From Thermoplasmata archaeon (lineage in GTDB: Archaea > Thermoplasmatota > Thermoplasmata > Lutacidiplasmatales > UBA184), in the NCBI GenBank assembly GCA_021844945.1, contig JAKBSJ010000002.1, forward strand, positions 108,684-172,683: DNA of 64,000 bases, written 5' to 3'. The notes beneath the pieces were generated by a model. The model ran no database searches. It was not told where the DNA came from and saw only the letters and a list, made by a program, of their open reading frames with translations. A program made the position numbers and the translations under genes. Shown piece after piece: positions 36,039 to 45,250 of this stretch. Each line of letters starts with the position of its first letter. Position 1 is the first letter of the stretch.

Positions 36039-36094
36039 GGCGACCCCAACGCGGAGGGAAAGTGAACGTTTTCGGTCGCGGTCTGGTTCGGATT

Positions 36095-37072
36095 CTACAG
36101 GCCGAAGCGTAGCCACTTCTCGAGCCCGTCGCAGGCGAGAGCGATCGCGATCCCCAGGCCCACGATGGCCAGCAGCGGGAAGAGGAACATCCACCAGTAG
36201 ATCGGTCCCCCCGGAACGAGGAACGCGTCGCACGCGCTGAATCCGAGCTGGAATCCCCATTCGGGGAACAGGGTCGTCGGAAGGGGCGAGAACGGCGGGA
36301 GCCCGGGAACGTGATACCCGACCCCGGGGCCCGGGTACGGGCTCGCGCAGTTGAAGAACCACGGGTACACGCTGAGGAAGAAGAAGACCGCCGCGACATC
36401 CACCGGGAGCTGCGCGAGGACCGGGCCCAGCGAGTTCGGCAGGAGGTGACGGAAGAGGAGGCGGCGATTGGTCGCACCGTTCGCCCGCGAGGCCTCCACG
36501 TACGGCCGCTGGGCCAGGACCCGCACGCGCTCCCGGACCGTCCGCGCGCTTGGCGGCCACAACAACAGACCGAAGAGGACGACAAACAGCCATAACGAAC
36601 GATCCGCGGGGACTGCAAGCACGACCCCCGCGAAAATCACGGCGACGAGGATGACGGCCGGGATCGCACCGAGCGAATCGCCGAGGAACGTGACGGCGTG
36701 ATCGATCGCGCTCCCCTCGTGGAGGCCGGCGATCGCGCCGATGAGGGCGCCGAGCGCCCCGTCGATGGCCAGGATCCCGAAGACGATCGCGAGGTCCCAC
36801 GGCGTCGCCTGCCAGATCGCGTCGAGCAGGTTGACGCCGAACCCCGGGAGGATCCCGAACGGATACGTCCAGGACGGCCCGATCGGCGGCAACGGGGTTT
36901 GCCAGGCAAAGTTCTCGGAGAGGGCGCCGAGCGAGCCGCGGAACACGACGAGCGCGCTGAGGGCGACGGCGACGTAGAAGGCGAGCATGCCGATCCCGAC
37001 CCACAGCTGCGTCCCGAACGGGTGCCGACGGTAGACGTCCATGCGGCGGGGCGGCGAGATGTTCTCCGTCAT
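36095..37072 (-). CDS. Peptide ABC transporter permease (DppC/OppC)
   Basis: EAA loop YVEASRANGA...FRHLLPNSL; PEWG motif; TM helices. Confidence 0.88.
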   Translation of the reverse strand: MTENISPPRRMDVYRRHPFGTQLWVGIGMLAFYVAVALSALVVFRGSLGALSENFAWQTPLPPIGPSWTYPFGILPGFGVNLLDAIWQATPWDLAIVFGILAIDGALGALIGAIAGLHEGSAIDHAVTFLGDSLGAIPAVILVAVIFAGVVLAVPADRSLWLFVVLFGLLLWPPSARTVRERVRVLAQRPYVEASRANGATNRRLLFRHLLPNSLGPVLAQLPVDVAAVFFFLSVYPWFFNCASPYPGPGVGYHVPGLPPFSPLPTTLFPEWGFQLGFSACDAFLVPGGPIYWWMFLFPLLAIVGLGIAIALACDGLEKWLRFGL

Positions 37073-38184
37073 CGTGAGGTTACGCCCCGTGGGTCCGACC
37101 TCGCCGCCAGGAGATCGACGGCCAGGGTCCAGGCGAGCACCACGACCGCGAGCACGAAGACCATCCCTTCGATCCCGGCAAGGTTCTCACTCCCCTTCGG
37201 TGCGGTCAGGACCGTCAGCGTGAGGTAGCCCACCCCCGGGTCTACGAACACCGACTCGACGACGAACTGCGTCGCGAGATAGGCGGGGACCGTCAGCGCG
37301 AACAGGAGAAGGAACGTGGGGCGCACCTGAGCGGCGGTATGCCGCCATAGGAGGGTGGGTTCGGATATTCCCCGAGAGCGAGCGGCGGTGATCGACGTTT
37401 CCTGGCTCGTGGAGGCGACGACGTTGCGGGCGTGCCGCATGAAGATCGCCACGTAGACGAGCGCGACGACGATCGCCTGCATCAGCGTCTTCGCGAGGGT
37501 GATCGCCTCGAACGGCCAGTCCTCGTGGAGGATCCCATCGATCATCGGGAGGCCGGTGGGGTGCGTGATCCAGCCACCGGTGATCCACGAGGGGAAGATG
37601 CCGTTCGGGTACCACGAGGGCGAGGGAATGATCCCGTCGCCGGGGATGTCGTGGAAGACGTGGTAGAACACGAAGAAGAGCGCGAACTCAACCAGCAGGC
37701 CGATGAGGAAGGCGGGGACGAGCCCGAGGCCCAGCGTGGTGATCCGGCTCGGCGTGTCGTACTCCGGGCGCTTCGTCCATCCCGAGGAGAGGCCGATCAC
37801 GTACGCGAGCGCGGCCGCGATCGGCAGGGCGAACAGCGCGATTTGGAGGGAGTTCGGGAGGAAGTCGCGGTACAGCTGGAACCACGAGTAGCCGTCGTAG
37901 GTGAGCGTGCCGCTCGCGACCCCCCAGTGACCGGTGAAGATGTTCGCGACCATCCCCCAGAACCCGGTGAGGAAGGTCGTCACGGTGAGCGGGGGAGCGC
38001 CGTAGCGGGTGAGGTCGCTCGGAACTTGGATCGACAGGTACGCGACGAGCAGCACGAACACGAGCTGCGCGGGGATCAGAAGGCTGCGCGTCAGCGCGAA
38101 GCGCGAGAACGGAGAGAACCCGGCCCGGGGCCGTGCGTGCTTCCTCGACGGATCCGTGGGACGAGGATTACTGGATGTGCCCAT
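37069..38184 (-). CDS. Peptide ABC transporter permease (DppB/OppB)
   Basis: ITAARSRGISE loop; VVESVFVDPGVGYL; TM helices. Confidence 0.88.
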   Translation of the reverse strand: MGTSSNPRPTDPSRKHARPRAGFSPFSRFALTRSLLIPAQLVFVLLVAYLSIQVPSDLTRYGAPPLTVTTFLTGFWGMVANIFTGHWGVASGTLTYDGYSWFQLYRDFLPNSLQIALFALPIAAALAYVIGLSSGWTKRPEYDTPSRITTLGLGLVPAFLIGLLVEFALFFVFYHVFHDIPGDGIIPSPSWYPNGIFPSWITGGWITHPTGLPMIDGILHEDWPFEAITLAKTLMQAIVVALVYVAIFMRHARNVVASTSQETSITAARSRGISEPTLLWRHTAAQVRPTFLLLFALTVPAYLATQFVVESVFVDPGVGYLTLTVLTAPKGSENLAGIEGMVFVLAVVVLAWTLAVDLLAARSDPRGVTSR

Positions 38185-38303
38185 CGTGCTCTCGCCGCGC
38201 GCGAACCCGGGCGAGCCCGGGGGGTCCTCTCGGGGAAGGGGTGCGCTCAGGTCGTCTCCGCGTTTCTACCCCGCTGCGAGCTCGCACGGCGTCCCCACGG
38301 CAT

Positions 38304-38885
38304 CTACGGGGCGGTTCGGGGCCGCAGGAGCTTCGCGTACTTCGCCCGGAACTTCGACATCTTCGGCGCGATGACCAGTTGGCAGTATCCTCGCTCGGGG
38401 TTCCGGAGGAAGTACTCCCGATGGTACTCCTCCGCGGGATAGAACTTCTCGAACGGCACTACCTGGGTGACGATGGGCCGTCGCCAGACCTTCTCCCGCT
38501 CGAGCGAAGCGATGACCTCCTCCGCCTCCCGGTGCTGACGTTCGTCGTGGAAGAAGATCGCGGAGCGGTACTGCGTCCCCACGTCGTTGCCCTGGCGGTT
38601 CATCGTCGTGGGATCGTGGGTGGCGAAGAAGACCGTCAGCAGGTCGCGGTAGGAGATCTCCTTGGGATCGAAGATGATCTCGACGGTCTCCGCATGTCCC
38701 GTCGCGCCGGTGCAGACGTCCTCGTACGACGGGTCGGGAACGGTACCGCCGGAATACCCGGGAAGCACCTGACGAACTCCCTTCAGCTCGGAGAAGACCG
38801 CCTCCGAGCACCAGAAGCACCCGGCGGCGAAGGTCGCCACCTCCTCGCCCGGTGCCGGAGATCGCGGAGGGGGGAGCGCGGGCAT
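38304..38885 (-). CDS. msrA: Peptide methionine sulfoxide reductase A
   Basis: GCFWC, GYSGG, TGHAE, RQGNDVGTQYRS and AEEYH motifs. Confidence 0.96.
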   Translation of the reverse strand: MPALPPPRSPAPGEEVATFAAGCFWCSEAVFSELKGVRQVLPGYSGGTVPDPSYEDVCTGATGHAETVEIIFDPKEISYRDLLTVFFATHDPTTMNRQGNDVGTQYRSAIFFHDERQHREAEEVIASLEREKVWRRPIVTQVVPFEKFYPAEEYHREYFLRNPERGYCQLVIAPKMSKFRAKYAKLLRPRTAP

Positions 38886-38892
38886 GCTTTCC

Positions 38893-39531
38893 TCAGGCTG
38901 GCACGTACGAGGCTTCGGTCACTTTCGTTGAGCGCACCGGGACCCGGGTGCGCAGGGCCCCCACCAGGTCATCGACCACTCCCTCGGGGAACCGCCCGCG
39001 CAGGTCGATCGACACCGTGTGGTGTCGCTCCCGGTGCATCCGACGGACGATGATGTCCGCGTGGAGGTGGCCCATCGCGCCGAGCCGCATCGAGAACGAA
39101 CGGGCCGCACGCAACTGGGACCAAGCGTCGCTCTGGAGCGCGCGCAGGAAATGGCCCAGCGGCTCCTCCTCCCTCGCGCCCGACCGGTCCTCGGGGAGCG
39201 GGAGCCACCCTCCGGGCTGGGCTTCCCAGTGACGGATGCGAACGAAGCCGGCAGCGCTGAAGGCGTGCAGGACGCCCGCGGTGAATCGCAGCAGATCGGG
39301 GGATTCAACGACCTCGCGCTCGCGAAGTACCTTCTCGACCTTCCCGGCCAGGCCGGTGCTCGGCGGAGGCGACGTGGGTTTCAGGTCGACCTCGATGTGG
39401 ACGTGAGCGAAGGGACGCTGCTTGCGCCGTCGTTGCGCGCGAGGGCCGGAGATCGGCCAGTTGAGGATCGACGTCGGCCCCGTTATGTCCGGTGCCTGGA
39501 GTCCGCCCGCGGGAAACGCCGGAGGGGTCAT
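38893..39531 (-). CDS. Hypothetical protein
   Basis: Co-oriented ORF filling the gap between DUF885 and msrA, with protein-like alpha/beta composition. Confidence 0.6.
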   Translation of the reverse strand: MTPPAFPAGGLQAPDITGPTSILNWPISGPRAQRRRKQRPFAHVHIEVDLKPTSPPPSTGLAGKVEKVLREREVVESPDLLRFTAGVLHAFSAAGFVRIRHWEAQPGGWLPLPEDRSGAREEEPLGHFLRALQSDAWSQLRAARSFSMRLGAMGHLHADIIVRRMHRERHHTVSIDLRGRFPEGVVDDLVGALRTRVPVRSTKVTEASYVPA

Positions 39532-39590
39532 CGGCTCCGGACGAACGTGCTCGCCGCATGAACCTTTCCGGCCGATCCTTGGCTCGTCCC

Positions 39591-41216
39591 CTACGCCGCG
39601 GCCCGCGCCATCAGACGCTCCAGAAGGCCGAGCGGGGGACACCCGAAGTCCAAGAGCGTGTCGTGGAATCCCCGGAGGGAGCCGCCGAACTGCGTTCGGA
39701 GGACCTTCGCCCGCACGTCCAAGATCGCGAGCTTCCCGAGCGTGTAACAGAAGTACTCGGGGTTGTACGTCCCGCGGATCGCCTCGCGTTCGGCCGGGTG
39801 GTGCTCGAAGTGGGCTTCCTTCTCAATCAATTCCGTCGCCCGCGCCACGCTCCACCCCGCCGTGTGCAGTCCGATCGAGGAGAGCAGCCGGCAGTCCCTC
39901 AGCAGGGCGTCGTGCAGCTGGGCGACCTCAGCGTCCACGGCCGGCGCCCCGAACCCCTCCTCGATGACGAGCTGCTCGGAGTAGTGGGCCCATCCTTCGA
40001 CGAACGATGGCGATAGGTACACTTTGCGCGCGAGCGAGCCCTTCGCCCGGCGGAGGTGGAGGAACTGCAGGTAGTGGCCGGGGTAGACCTCGTGCGCGGT
40101 GATGTTCGCGAGCATCTCGCGGTTGAGGGAACGCAGCCACTCCTCCTGTTGCGCGGGGGTCCACGCGGGGTCCACTGGGGTCACGTAGTAGATCCCCTCG
40201 TCGCTCGACGTCTCGAACGGGCCGGGGGACTCCATGCTCGCTGTCGAGAGCGAGCGGCCCCACGCGGGGGTCTCCTCGACACGGACGCGAGCCCCTTCGG
40301 GAATCGTGGCGAGGGCGTGCTCCTCCACGAAGCGTCGCGCGCCCTCGACCAGCGATCGCGCCGTCGGAATCAGTTCGGCGGCGACCGGGTGGTCTACGTT
40401 GAGGTGCTCGAGCAGCTGAGGGATCGTCTTCCCGCTCTCCCGGGCGATCTGCTCGAGGCGGCGCTGGTTGCGTTCGAGGTCGGCCCGGCCGGCCTTCTCG
40501 ATCTCGGCGAACGGACGCTCGATCCCCTCGCGGACGTAGAGCAGTCGCTGGTAGAGCTCCGGACCGAGGGCGAATGCGTCGCTCGCCTTCGGGAGGCGGC
40601 GGGTTTGGAGGTCCTCGAGGAGCGTTTGGATGCCGGCTTCGGCCTGCGTGCGCGCGGCGGCAACTCGATCACCGAGCGCGGGGGATTCACGCCGTGCGAA
40701 GTCCTCGGCTTCGGCAAAGTGGCTCGGCAGCCCCTGCGCCATCGAAATCGCGAGGGAGACGAACGGCTTCGGAAGAACGGCGCGCAGACGCCGGCGGCCC
40801 CCCTCCAGATACGCCGGGATCGCCTCGAGCAGACGCACGATCCCTTCCACGCGCTTCGGGACCGGGGCGTACTCCCGCGCGATGTAGCTCGTCATCGAGA
40901 GCGAGGCGAGGTACACCATCGGGTTCCGGTCGAATTCCTGAACCTCCGCGAGGTCGAACCGGGGACCCGCGAGGAGAAGCTCGAGGAGGAGCCGGTCGAT
41001 CTGACGGTCCTCGGAGAGGTTCTCGGTCCCCACCTTCTTCAGACGGGCTTCGAAGTGGGCCGCCTCCGAGAGCCAGCGATCGGTCGCCGATCGATCCGAA
41101 AGCGGGAGACGTCCATCATACGCATGCAGCCCCAGACCGACCGCGGATGGAGGATACAGTTCGAACACATGGTCGACCACCTCGCGCTCGAGCGCGTCGA
41201 ACTCGTCGTTCGCCAT
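39591..41216 (-). CDS. DUF885 family protein (zincin-like)
   Basis: HEVYPGHYLQ, FVEGWAHYSE and YTLGKL motifs. Confidence 0.88.
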   Translation of the reverse strand: MANDEFDALEREVVDHVFELYPPSAVGLGLHAYDGRLPLSDRSATDRWLSEAAHFEARLKKVGTENLSEDRQIDRLLLELLLAGPRFDLAEVQEFDRNPMVYLASLSMTSYIAREYAPVPKRVEGIVRLLEAIPAYLEGGRRRLRAVLPKPFVSLAISMAQGLPSHFAEAEDFARRESPALGDRVAAARTQAEAGIQTLLEDLQTRRLPKASDAFALGPELYQRLLYVREGIERPFAEIEKAGRADLERNQRRLEQIARESGKTIPQLLEHLNVDHPVAAELIPTARSLVEGARRFVEEHALATIPEGARVRVEETPAWGRSLSTASMESPGPFETSSDEGIYYVTPVDPAWTPAQQEEWLRSLNREMLANITAHEVYPGHYLQFLHLRRAKGSLARKVYLSPSFVEGWAHYSEQLVIEEGFGAPAVDAEVAQLHDALLRDCRLLSSIGLHTAGWSVARATELIEKEAHFEHHPAEREAIRGTYNPEYFCYTLGKLAILDVRAKVLRTQFGGSLRGFHDTLLDFGCPPLGLLERLMARAAA

Positions 41217-41299
41217 GGAAGCCCGCGGGCCGCACTCCCCCAGTCAATAAAGTATCCTCGGCCCACGGTCTTTTCCGTCCGCGTCGCTCACGTCGAACG

Positions 41300-41764
41300 A
41301 TGGACGCGATCGCTCACCGCCTCCAAGAGCTCGGGATCGTTCTCCCCCCACCGCCGACACCTCGCGGGAGCTACACACCCGTCGTCCGGCACGGCCCGTA
41401 CGCATGGGTGGCCGGCCAGATCGTTCTCGAAGAGGGAAATGCGGTCAAGCCCGGGCTCGTCGATCGGGATGTACCGGTGGCCGATGCCCAGGCCGTGGCT
41501 CGACTCGCGACGCTCCAAGCCCTGAGCGCGCTCCATCACGTGCTGGGGGGTCTCGACTCGATCGTCCGGGTCGTTCGGGTATCCGTCTACGTCGCCTCCT
41601 CCCCCGGTTTCACCCGACCCCATGAGGTGGCCAACGGAGCGACCGATCTCCTGGTCGAGATCTTCGGAGAAGCGGGCCGGCCGGCGCGCGTCGCGATGGG
41701 GGTCGCCGCACTCCCCCTCAACGCACCGGTCGAGGTCGAGATCCAGGTCGCGATCGGCGAGTGA
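41300..41764 (+). CDS. RidA/YjgF family protein
   Basis: AGQI, VANGATDLLVEIFGEAGRPARVAMG and LPLNAPVEVE motifs. Confidence 0.9.
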   Translation: MDAIAHRLQELGIVLPPPPTPRGSYTPVVRHGPYAWVAGQIVLEEGNAVKPGLVDRDVPVADAQAVARLATLQALSALHHVLGGLDSIVRVVRVSVYVASSPGFTRPHEVANGATDLLVEIFGEAGRPARVAMGVAALPLNAPVEVEIQVAIGE

Positions 41765-41774
41765 AGAGCGGACC

Positions 41775-42434
41775 GTGCAACCGACGGGCTGGGCCGGGGT
41801 CTACCGCGAAGGCCGCGACCTCTACACCGCAAACTCCCGCCCCGGGGAGCGGGTCTACGGGGAGACGTTGCGCACGGCCGACGGACGGGAGTACCGTCAG
41901 TGGGATCCCTTCCGTTCGAAGCTTGCGGCGCTCCTCGTTCGGGGAGCTCGCGAACCGGGCCCGTGGGCCGGGGCTGGATCGGTTCTCTATCTCGGGGGAG
42001 CGCATGGAACCACGGTGAGCCATCTCTCGGATCTCCTCCCCGAGGCGCGGCTGTTCGTCGTCGAGAAGAGCCCCACATCGTTCGCACCGCTCCTCGCGCT
42101 CGCGCGACGGCGCTCGAACATCTATCCGATCCTGGACGACGCGCAACTGCCCGAGCGGTATTCGGCGGAGGTCGGCGCGGTCGATCTTGTGTACCAGGAT
42201 GTCGCGCAGCGGAACCAAGCGGCGATCTTTGCCGAGAACGTTCGCGTGGCCCTGGCCCCGGGCGGACGGGCGGTGCTGATGCTCAAGGTCCGCTCGGTTT
42301 CACAGCGGCGCTCCGCGGAAGCCATCGTCCGCGAGGCGCGCCGGACGCTCGAGGGGGCCTCGCTCTCGATCTCCGAGGAGATCGCGCTCTCCCCCTTCGC
42401 GCGCGAACACGTCGCGCTCGTCGTGCGCCGGTAG
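41775..42434 (+). CDS. flpA: Fibrillarin-like rRNA 2'-O-methyltransferase
   Basis: VYGE, WDPFRSKLAA, VLYLGGAHGTTVSHLSD and YQDVAQRNQ motifs. Confidence 0.93.
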   Translation: MQPTGWAGVYREGRDLYTANSRPGERVYGETLRTADGREYRQWDPFRSKLAALLVRGAREPGPWAGAGSVLYLGGAHGTTVSHLSDLLPEARLFVVEKSPTSFAPLLALARRRSNIYPILDDAQLPERYSAEVGAVDLVYQDVAQRNQAAIFAENVRVALAPGGRAVLMLKVRSVSQRRSAEAIVREARRTLEGASLSISEEIALSPFAREHVALVVRR

Positions 42435-42513
42435 AGATCCGGCGTCTTCCCTCACCTTCCACGGGCTCGCGTCGGCCCAAGTACCTCCCCCCGCTCGTTC
42501 GGCGGGGACGGGT

Positions 42514-42996
42514 ATGCAAGGGACATCGATCGGCATTGGGAACTGGTGGAATGCGACGAACCGGCCGGGGGGTAGGGTCGGAGCGGCGGCAGGGGATCGA
42601 CGCGCGCTCTGCATCATCCTGGCCGCGACCATCGGGGTGGCGATCGCCCTGGTCGTGGCGATCGCCCCGTTCGCGCCGACGATCGCGGCCCACATGCCGC
42701 CGGCGCGCGAGCTCCACGCGCTCGTGCCGTCGAGGGCGGCTCAGGGGACCTCGACGGCCGTGACGAACTTCACGAGCTCGATCTCGAGGCTCGTCGACCT
42801 GGTGGCCCTCGCCGGGGGCGGAGTCCTCGCCCTCGTATGGACCCGGGTCGCGCTCAGCTGGTTCTCCGGCGATATCTCGAAGAAGGTCCAAGCCAAGGAT
42901 CGCGCTCGGGACGCGCTGATCGGGACGCTGATCTTCACCGCGGCGATCACGGGTCTCGTTTGGGGACTCGCCCAGTGGGTCATTTCCGGCGTGTGA
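42514..42996 (+). CDS. VirB2/TrbC-like pilin
   Basis: Signal-like N-terminus and possible cleavage at SRAA|QG. Two TM helices are joined by the basic loop SGDISKKVQAKDRARDALIG. Confidence 0.7.
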   Translation: MQGTSIGIGNWWNATNRPGGRVGAAAGDRRALCIILAATIGVAIALVVAIAPFAPTIAAHMPPARELHALVPSRAAQGTSTAVTNFTSSISRLVDLVALAGGGVLALVWTRVALSWFSGDISKKVQAKDRARDALIGTLIFTAAITGLVWGLAQWVISGV

Positions 42997-43003
42997 GACG
43001 GCC

Positions 43004-44113
43004 GTGAGCGATCCGTGGGGCGAGCTGGTCCAGGCCCTGCTTGCCGGGGCGTTCGGGTTGTTCGCTCTCGCGATGAATACGGCGATCACCCCGACGTACA
43101 ACAATCTCTTTGTCCCGGCGATGTCCCCCGGGCAACTCTTCCCATCGCTCTCGGATCCGGGCGGAGGAGCCACGTTCCTCGCGGAAGCGGCAAAGTTCAG
43201 CTCCTACCTCCTCGTCAACATCGTCGATCCTGCCGTAGCGCTCGTCGCCGTCGGATTGGGCCTGTTGTACCTCTCGAAGGCCCTCTACCAACGAAGTGGA
43301 CCTTGGGCGGAAGCGCTGATCGTCCGGTTCATCGTCGCGGTGGTCGTCGCGAACTTCACAATCCTGTTCGCTACCGGGATCCTCGACCTCGGGGCGATCA
43401 CCTACCCGACGATCGCCGCTTGGGACGGCGGCGCGTGGCAGAACTGGACCAACCTGGCGGGGTGGGGCCAGGGAACGTTCATCTGGCAGAACGGGGCGCT
43501 CGCGTTCGTCCTCACGTTCGTCGAGTTCTCGCTCGTTCTCTTGTTGGCCATCCTGATCGGGCTGCGCGATGCCGGGCTCGCGGTCCTCCTCGTCGTGCTC
43601 CCGGTGTTCACCCTGCTATGGCCCATCCATCCGTTCTCCGCTCTTGCGCGTCGCGGTTGGATGCTCTTCATCGAGTTGGCCCTCCTCCCGTGCGTCTTGG
43701 TCGTCCCGCTCGAACTCGCGGTCCACTCGCCGAATCCGATCCTCCTCGTCGCGTTCCTCACGCTGGCGCTGTCGACCCCCTACCTGATCTCGATCAGCGG
43801 AGCGCAGCTCTCCCAACTCGGATTCCCGGCGGCCGGAGCGGCGCTTTCGGGCGCCGTGGAACGAGGCTTGCTCGGGGCATCCCGTACGACCTCGGGCCCG
43901 ATCAGCGGAACCTCCGTCGGGGGCACCGGCATCGCCGGCGCACTCACCCCGAGCGTGCGGGCGGCCAGCTCGGTAGCCCTTCCCGCCGCCGCTCCGGCCG
44001 CGATCGCCGGCGCCCTGGGCCAGGGAGCGAGCCACCTAGTGCAGCACGTTCGTACCCCCTCGGGCGAGTTCAAGCCCTCGTGGAAGCCGGTGCCGCCGGC
44101 GGGTGAGGAATGA
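43004..44113 (+). CDS. VirB6/TrbL-like polytopic membrane protein
   Basis: About 6-7 TM helices; R...LLVVLPV...WP...W pattern; Gly/Ala-rich C-terminal tail. Confidence 0.65.
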   Translation: MSDPWGELVQALLAGAFGLFALAMNTAITPTYNNLFVPAMSPGQLFPSLSDPGGGATFLAEAAKFSSYLLVNIVDPAVALVAVGLGLLYLSKALYQRSGPWAEALIVRFIVAVVVANFTILFATGILDLGAITYPTIAAWDGGAWQNWTNLAGWGQGTFIWQNGALAFVLTFVEFSLVLLLAILIGLRDAGLAVLLVVLPVFTLLWPIHPFSALARRGWMLFIELALLPCVLVVPLELAVHSPNPILLVAFLTLALSTPYLISISGAQLSQLGFPAAGAALSGAVERGLLGASRTTSGPISGTSVGGTGIAGALTPSVRAASSVALPAAAPAAIAGALGQGASHLVQHVRTPSGEFKPSWKPVPPAGEE

Positions 44114-44114
44114 G

Positions 44115-44891
44115 ATGGGGGCGGGAGCGACGTTCCCGGACGTCGCGCTGCCGGTCGCGATCGGCCGGCGGATGCGACTGGGCCCATTTCCTTCCGCTCG
44201 CGACGCTCTCCGATTTCTCGCGTATGCAACGGCCGGCGCGGTCGTCATTCCGTTCTTCGGAGCGGTCGCATGGCTCCCCTTCCTCGGTGCCGGGTTCCTC
44301 CTCACGGTGGTTCCGATCGACGGAACATCGCTCGACCTCGAGCTCGCGCGGCGGGTCTCGCACTGGCATCGCTCCACGATTCCCGTCGAGAGCCCTATGA
44401 CGCCGATCCGGCGATCGAGAGGTGCCGTGGTGGAAGTGGGGACGGGAGCGGAGGTCGCGGTCCTCCGTTGCCGTGGAAAGCCGATCGCCTTCCTTCCTCC
44501 GGAGCAGCTACGGCAGCGCTTCGACGCCTTCCGGGAGCTCCTGCGCTCCACCGACGGCGGCATCGTGCTCGCGACGGCCGGCGTCCCGGTCAATCCCACG
44601 CCGTTCCGGCCGGCGATCCCCCACGGAGAAGACGGAGAAGCGCGGGCGGCCCGCGCCTACTCGGAGATGGTCTGCCTTCTCTGCCGCCGGCGCTCCCAGC
44701 GCCGCATCTACGTGCTGCAATGGGACGCGACGGTCCTCGCCGGCGGGACATCGCGGCTCGAGCATCGGCTCGGCGAACTCGCGGCGCGTCTCGCGCATCT
44801 CGGGGTCGAGCCGGAGCGACTGGCCGGTAGGGAGCTGACGGGGGCCTTGCATCGGTTCGGGTTCGCCAACGCGCCGCGAGGCTCGCGGTGA
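44115..44891 (+). CDS. PrgI/VirB3-like membrane protein with C-terminal alpha/beta domain
   Basis: RMRLGPF-x-S-x-RD followed by two TM helices and IDG..LD; lies before the VirB4-like gene. Confidence 0.55.
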   Translation: MGAGATFPDVALPVAIGRRMRLGPFPSARDALRFLAYATAGAVVIPFFGAVAWLPFLGAGFLLTVVPIDGTSLDLELARRVSHWHRSTIPVESPMTPIRRSRGAVVEVGTGAEVAVLRCRGKPIAFLPPEQLRQRFDAFRELLRSTDGGIVLATAGVPVNPTPFRPAIPHGEDGEARAARAYSEMVCLLCRRRSQRRIYVLQWDATVLAGGTSRLEHRLGELAARLAHLGVEPERLAGRELTGALHRFGFANAPRGSR

Positions 44892-45250
44892 TCGCGGCTC
44901 CCTGGATCGCCCGTCTGGAAGCCGATCCGGTACGCATCTCGGTCGGCATGGCGATCGTTTGCGGCGCGGCGGCGCTGATCGAGCCGTCTTTCGCCGGTCT
45001 GACCTTCGCGCTGTTCGCGCTCGCCGTTGCGAGTTTCCTCCTCCGGTATCACCGAGCCGATCCCGCCCTGCGACGGTTCTCCGCGATTGCGGCCGCGGTC
45101 TATGCCGGCCTCGCGGTCGGAGTCGCGGGCTACTTCGGCCTCCCGGCGCCGTGGGAGATGGCGCGAGCCCTCTCGCTGGCCCTGTCGGCGACTCCCCTCG
45201 CGTTCTATGCGCGCGGAACCCGCGTTCGCACGCCGGAGGCGTCACCGTGA
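44888..45250 (+). CDS. Small 4-TM membrane protein of the T4SS-like operon
   Basis: 120 aa, hydrophobic; GTGA overlaps at both ends. Confidence 0.65.
   Translation: MIAAPWIARLEADPVRISVGMAIVCGAAALIEPSFAGLTFALFALAVASFLLRYHRADPALRRFSAIAAAVYAGLAVGVAGYFGLPAPWEMARALSLALSATPLAFYARGTRVRTPEASP

Noticed and set aside
24100-38300. Integrated island at tRNA-Met (and likewise at tRNA-Glu and tRNA-Tyr)
   Set aside because: I found no duplicated tRNA 3' end or integrase by eye. The region looks accessory, but no boundaries can be supported.
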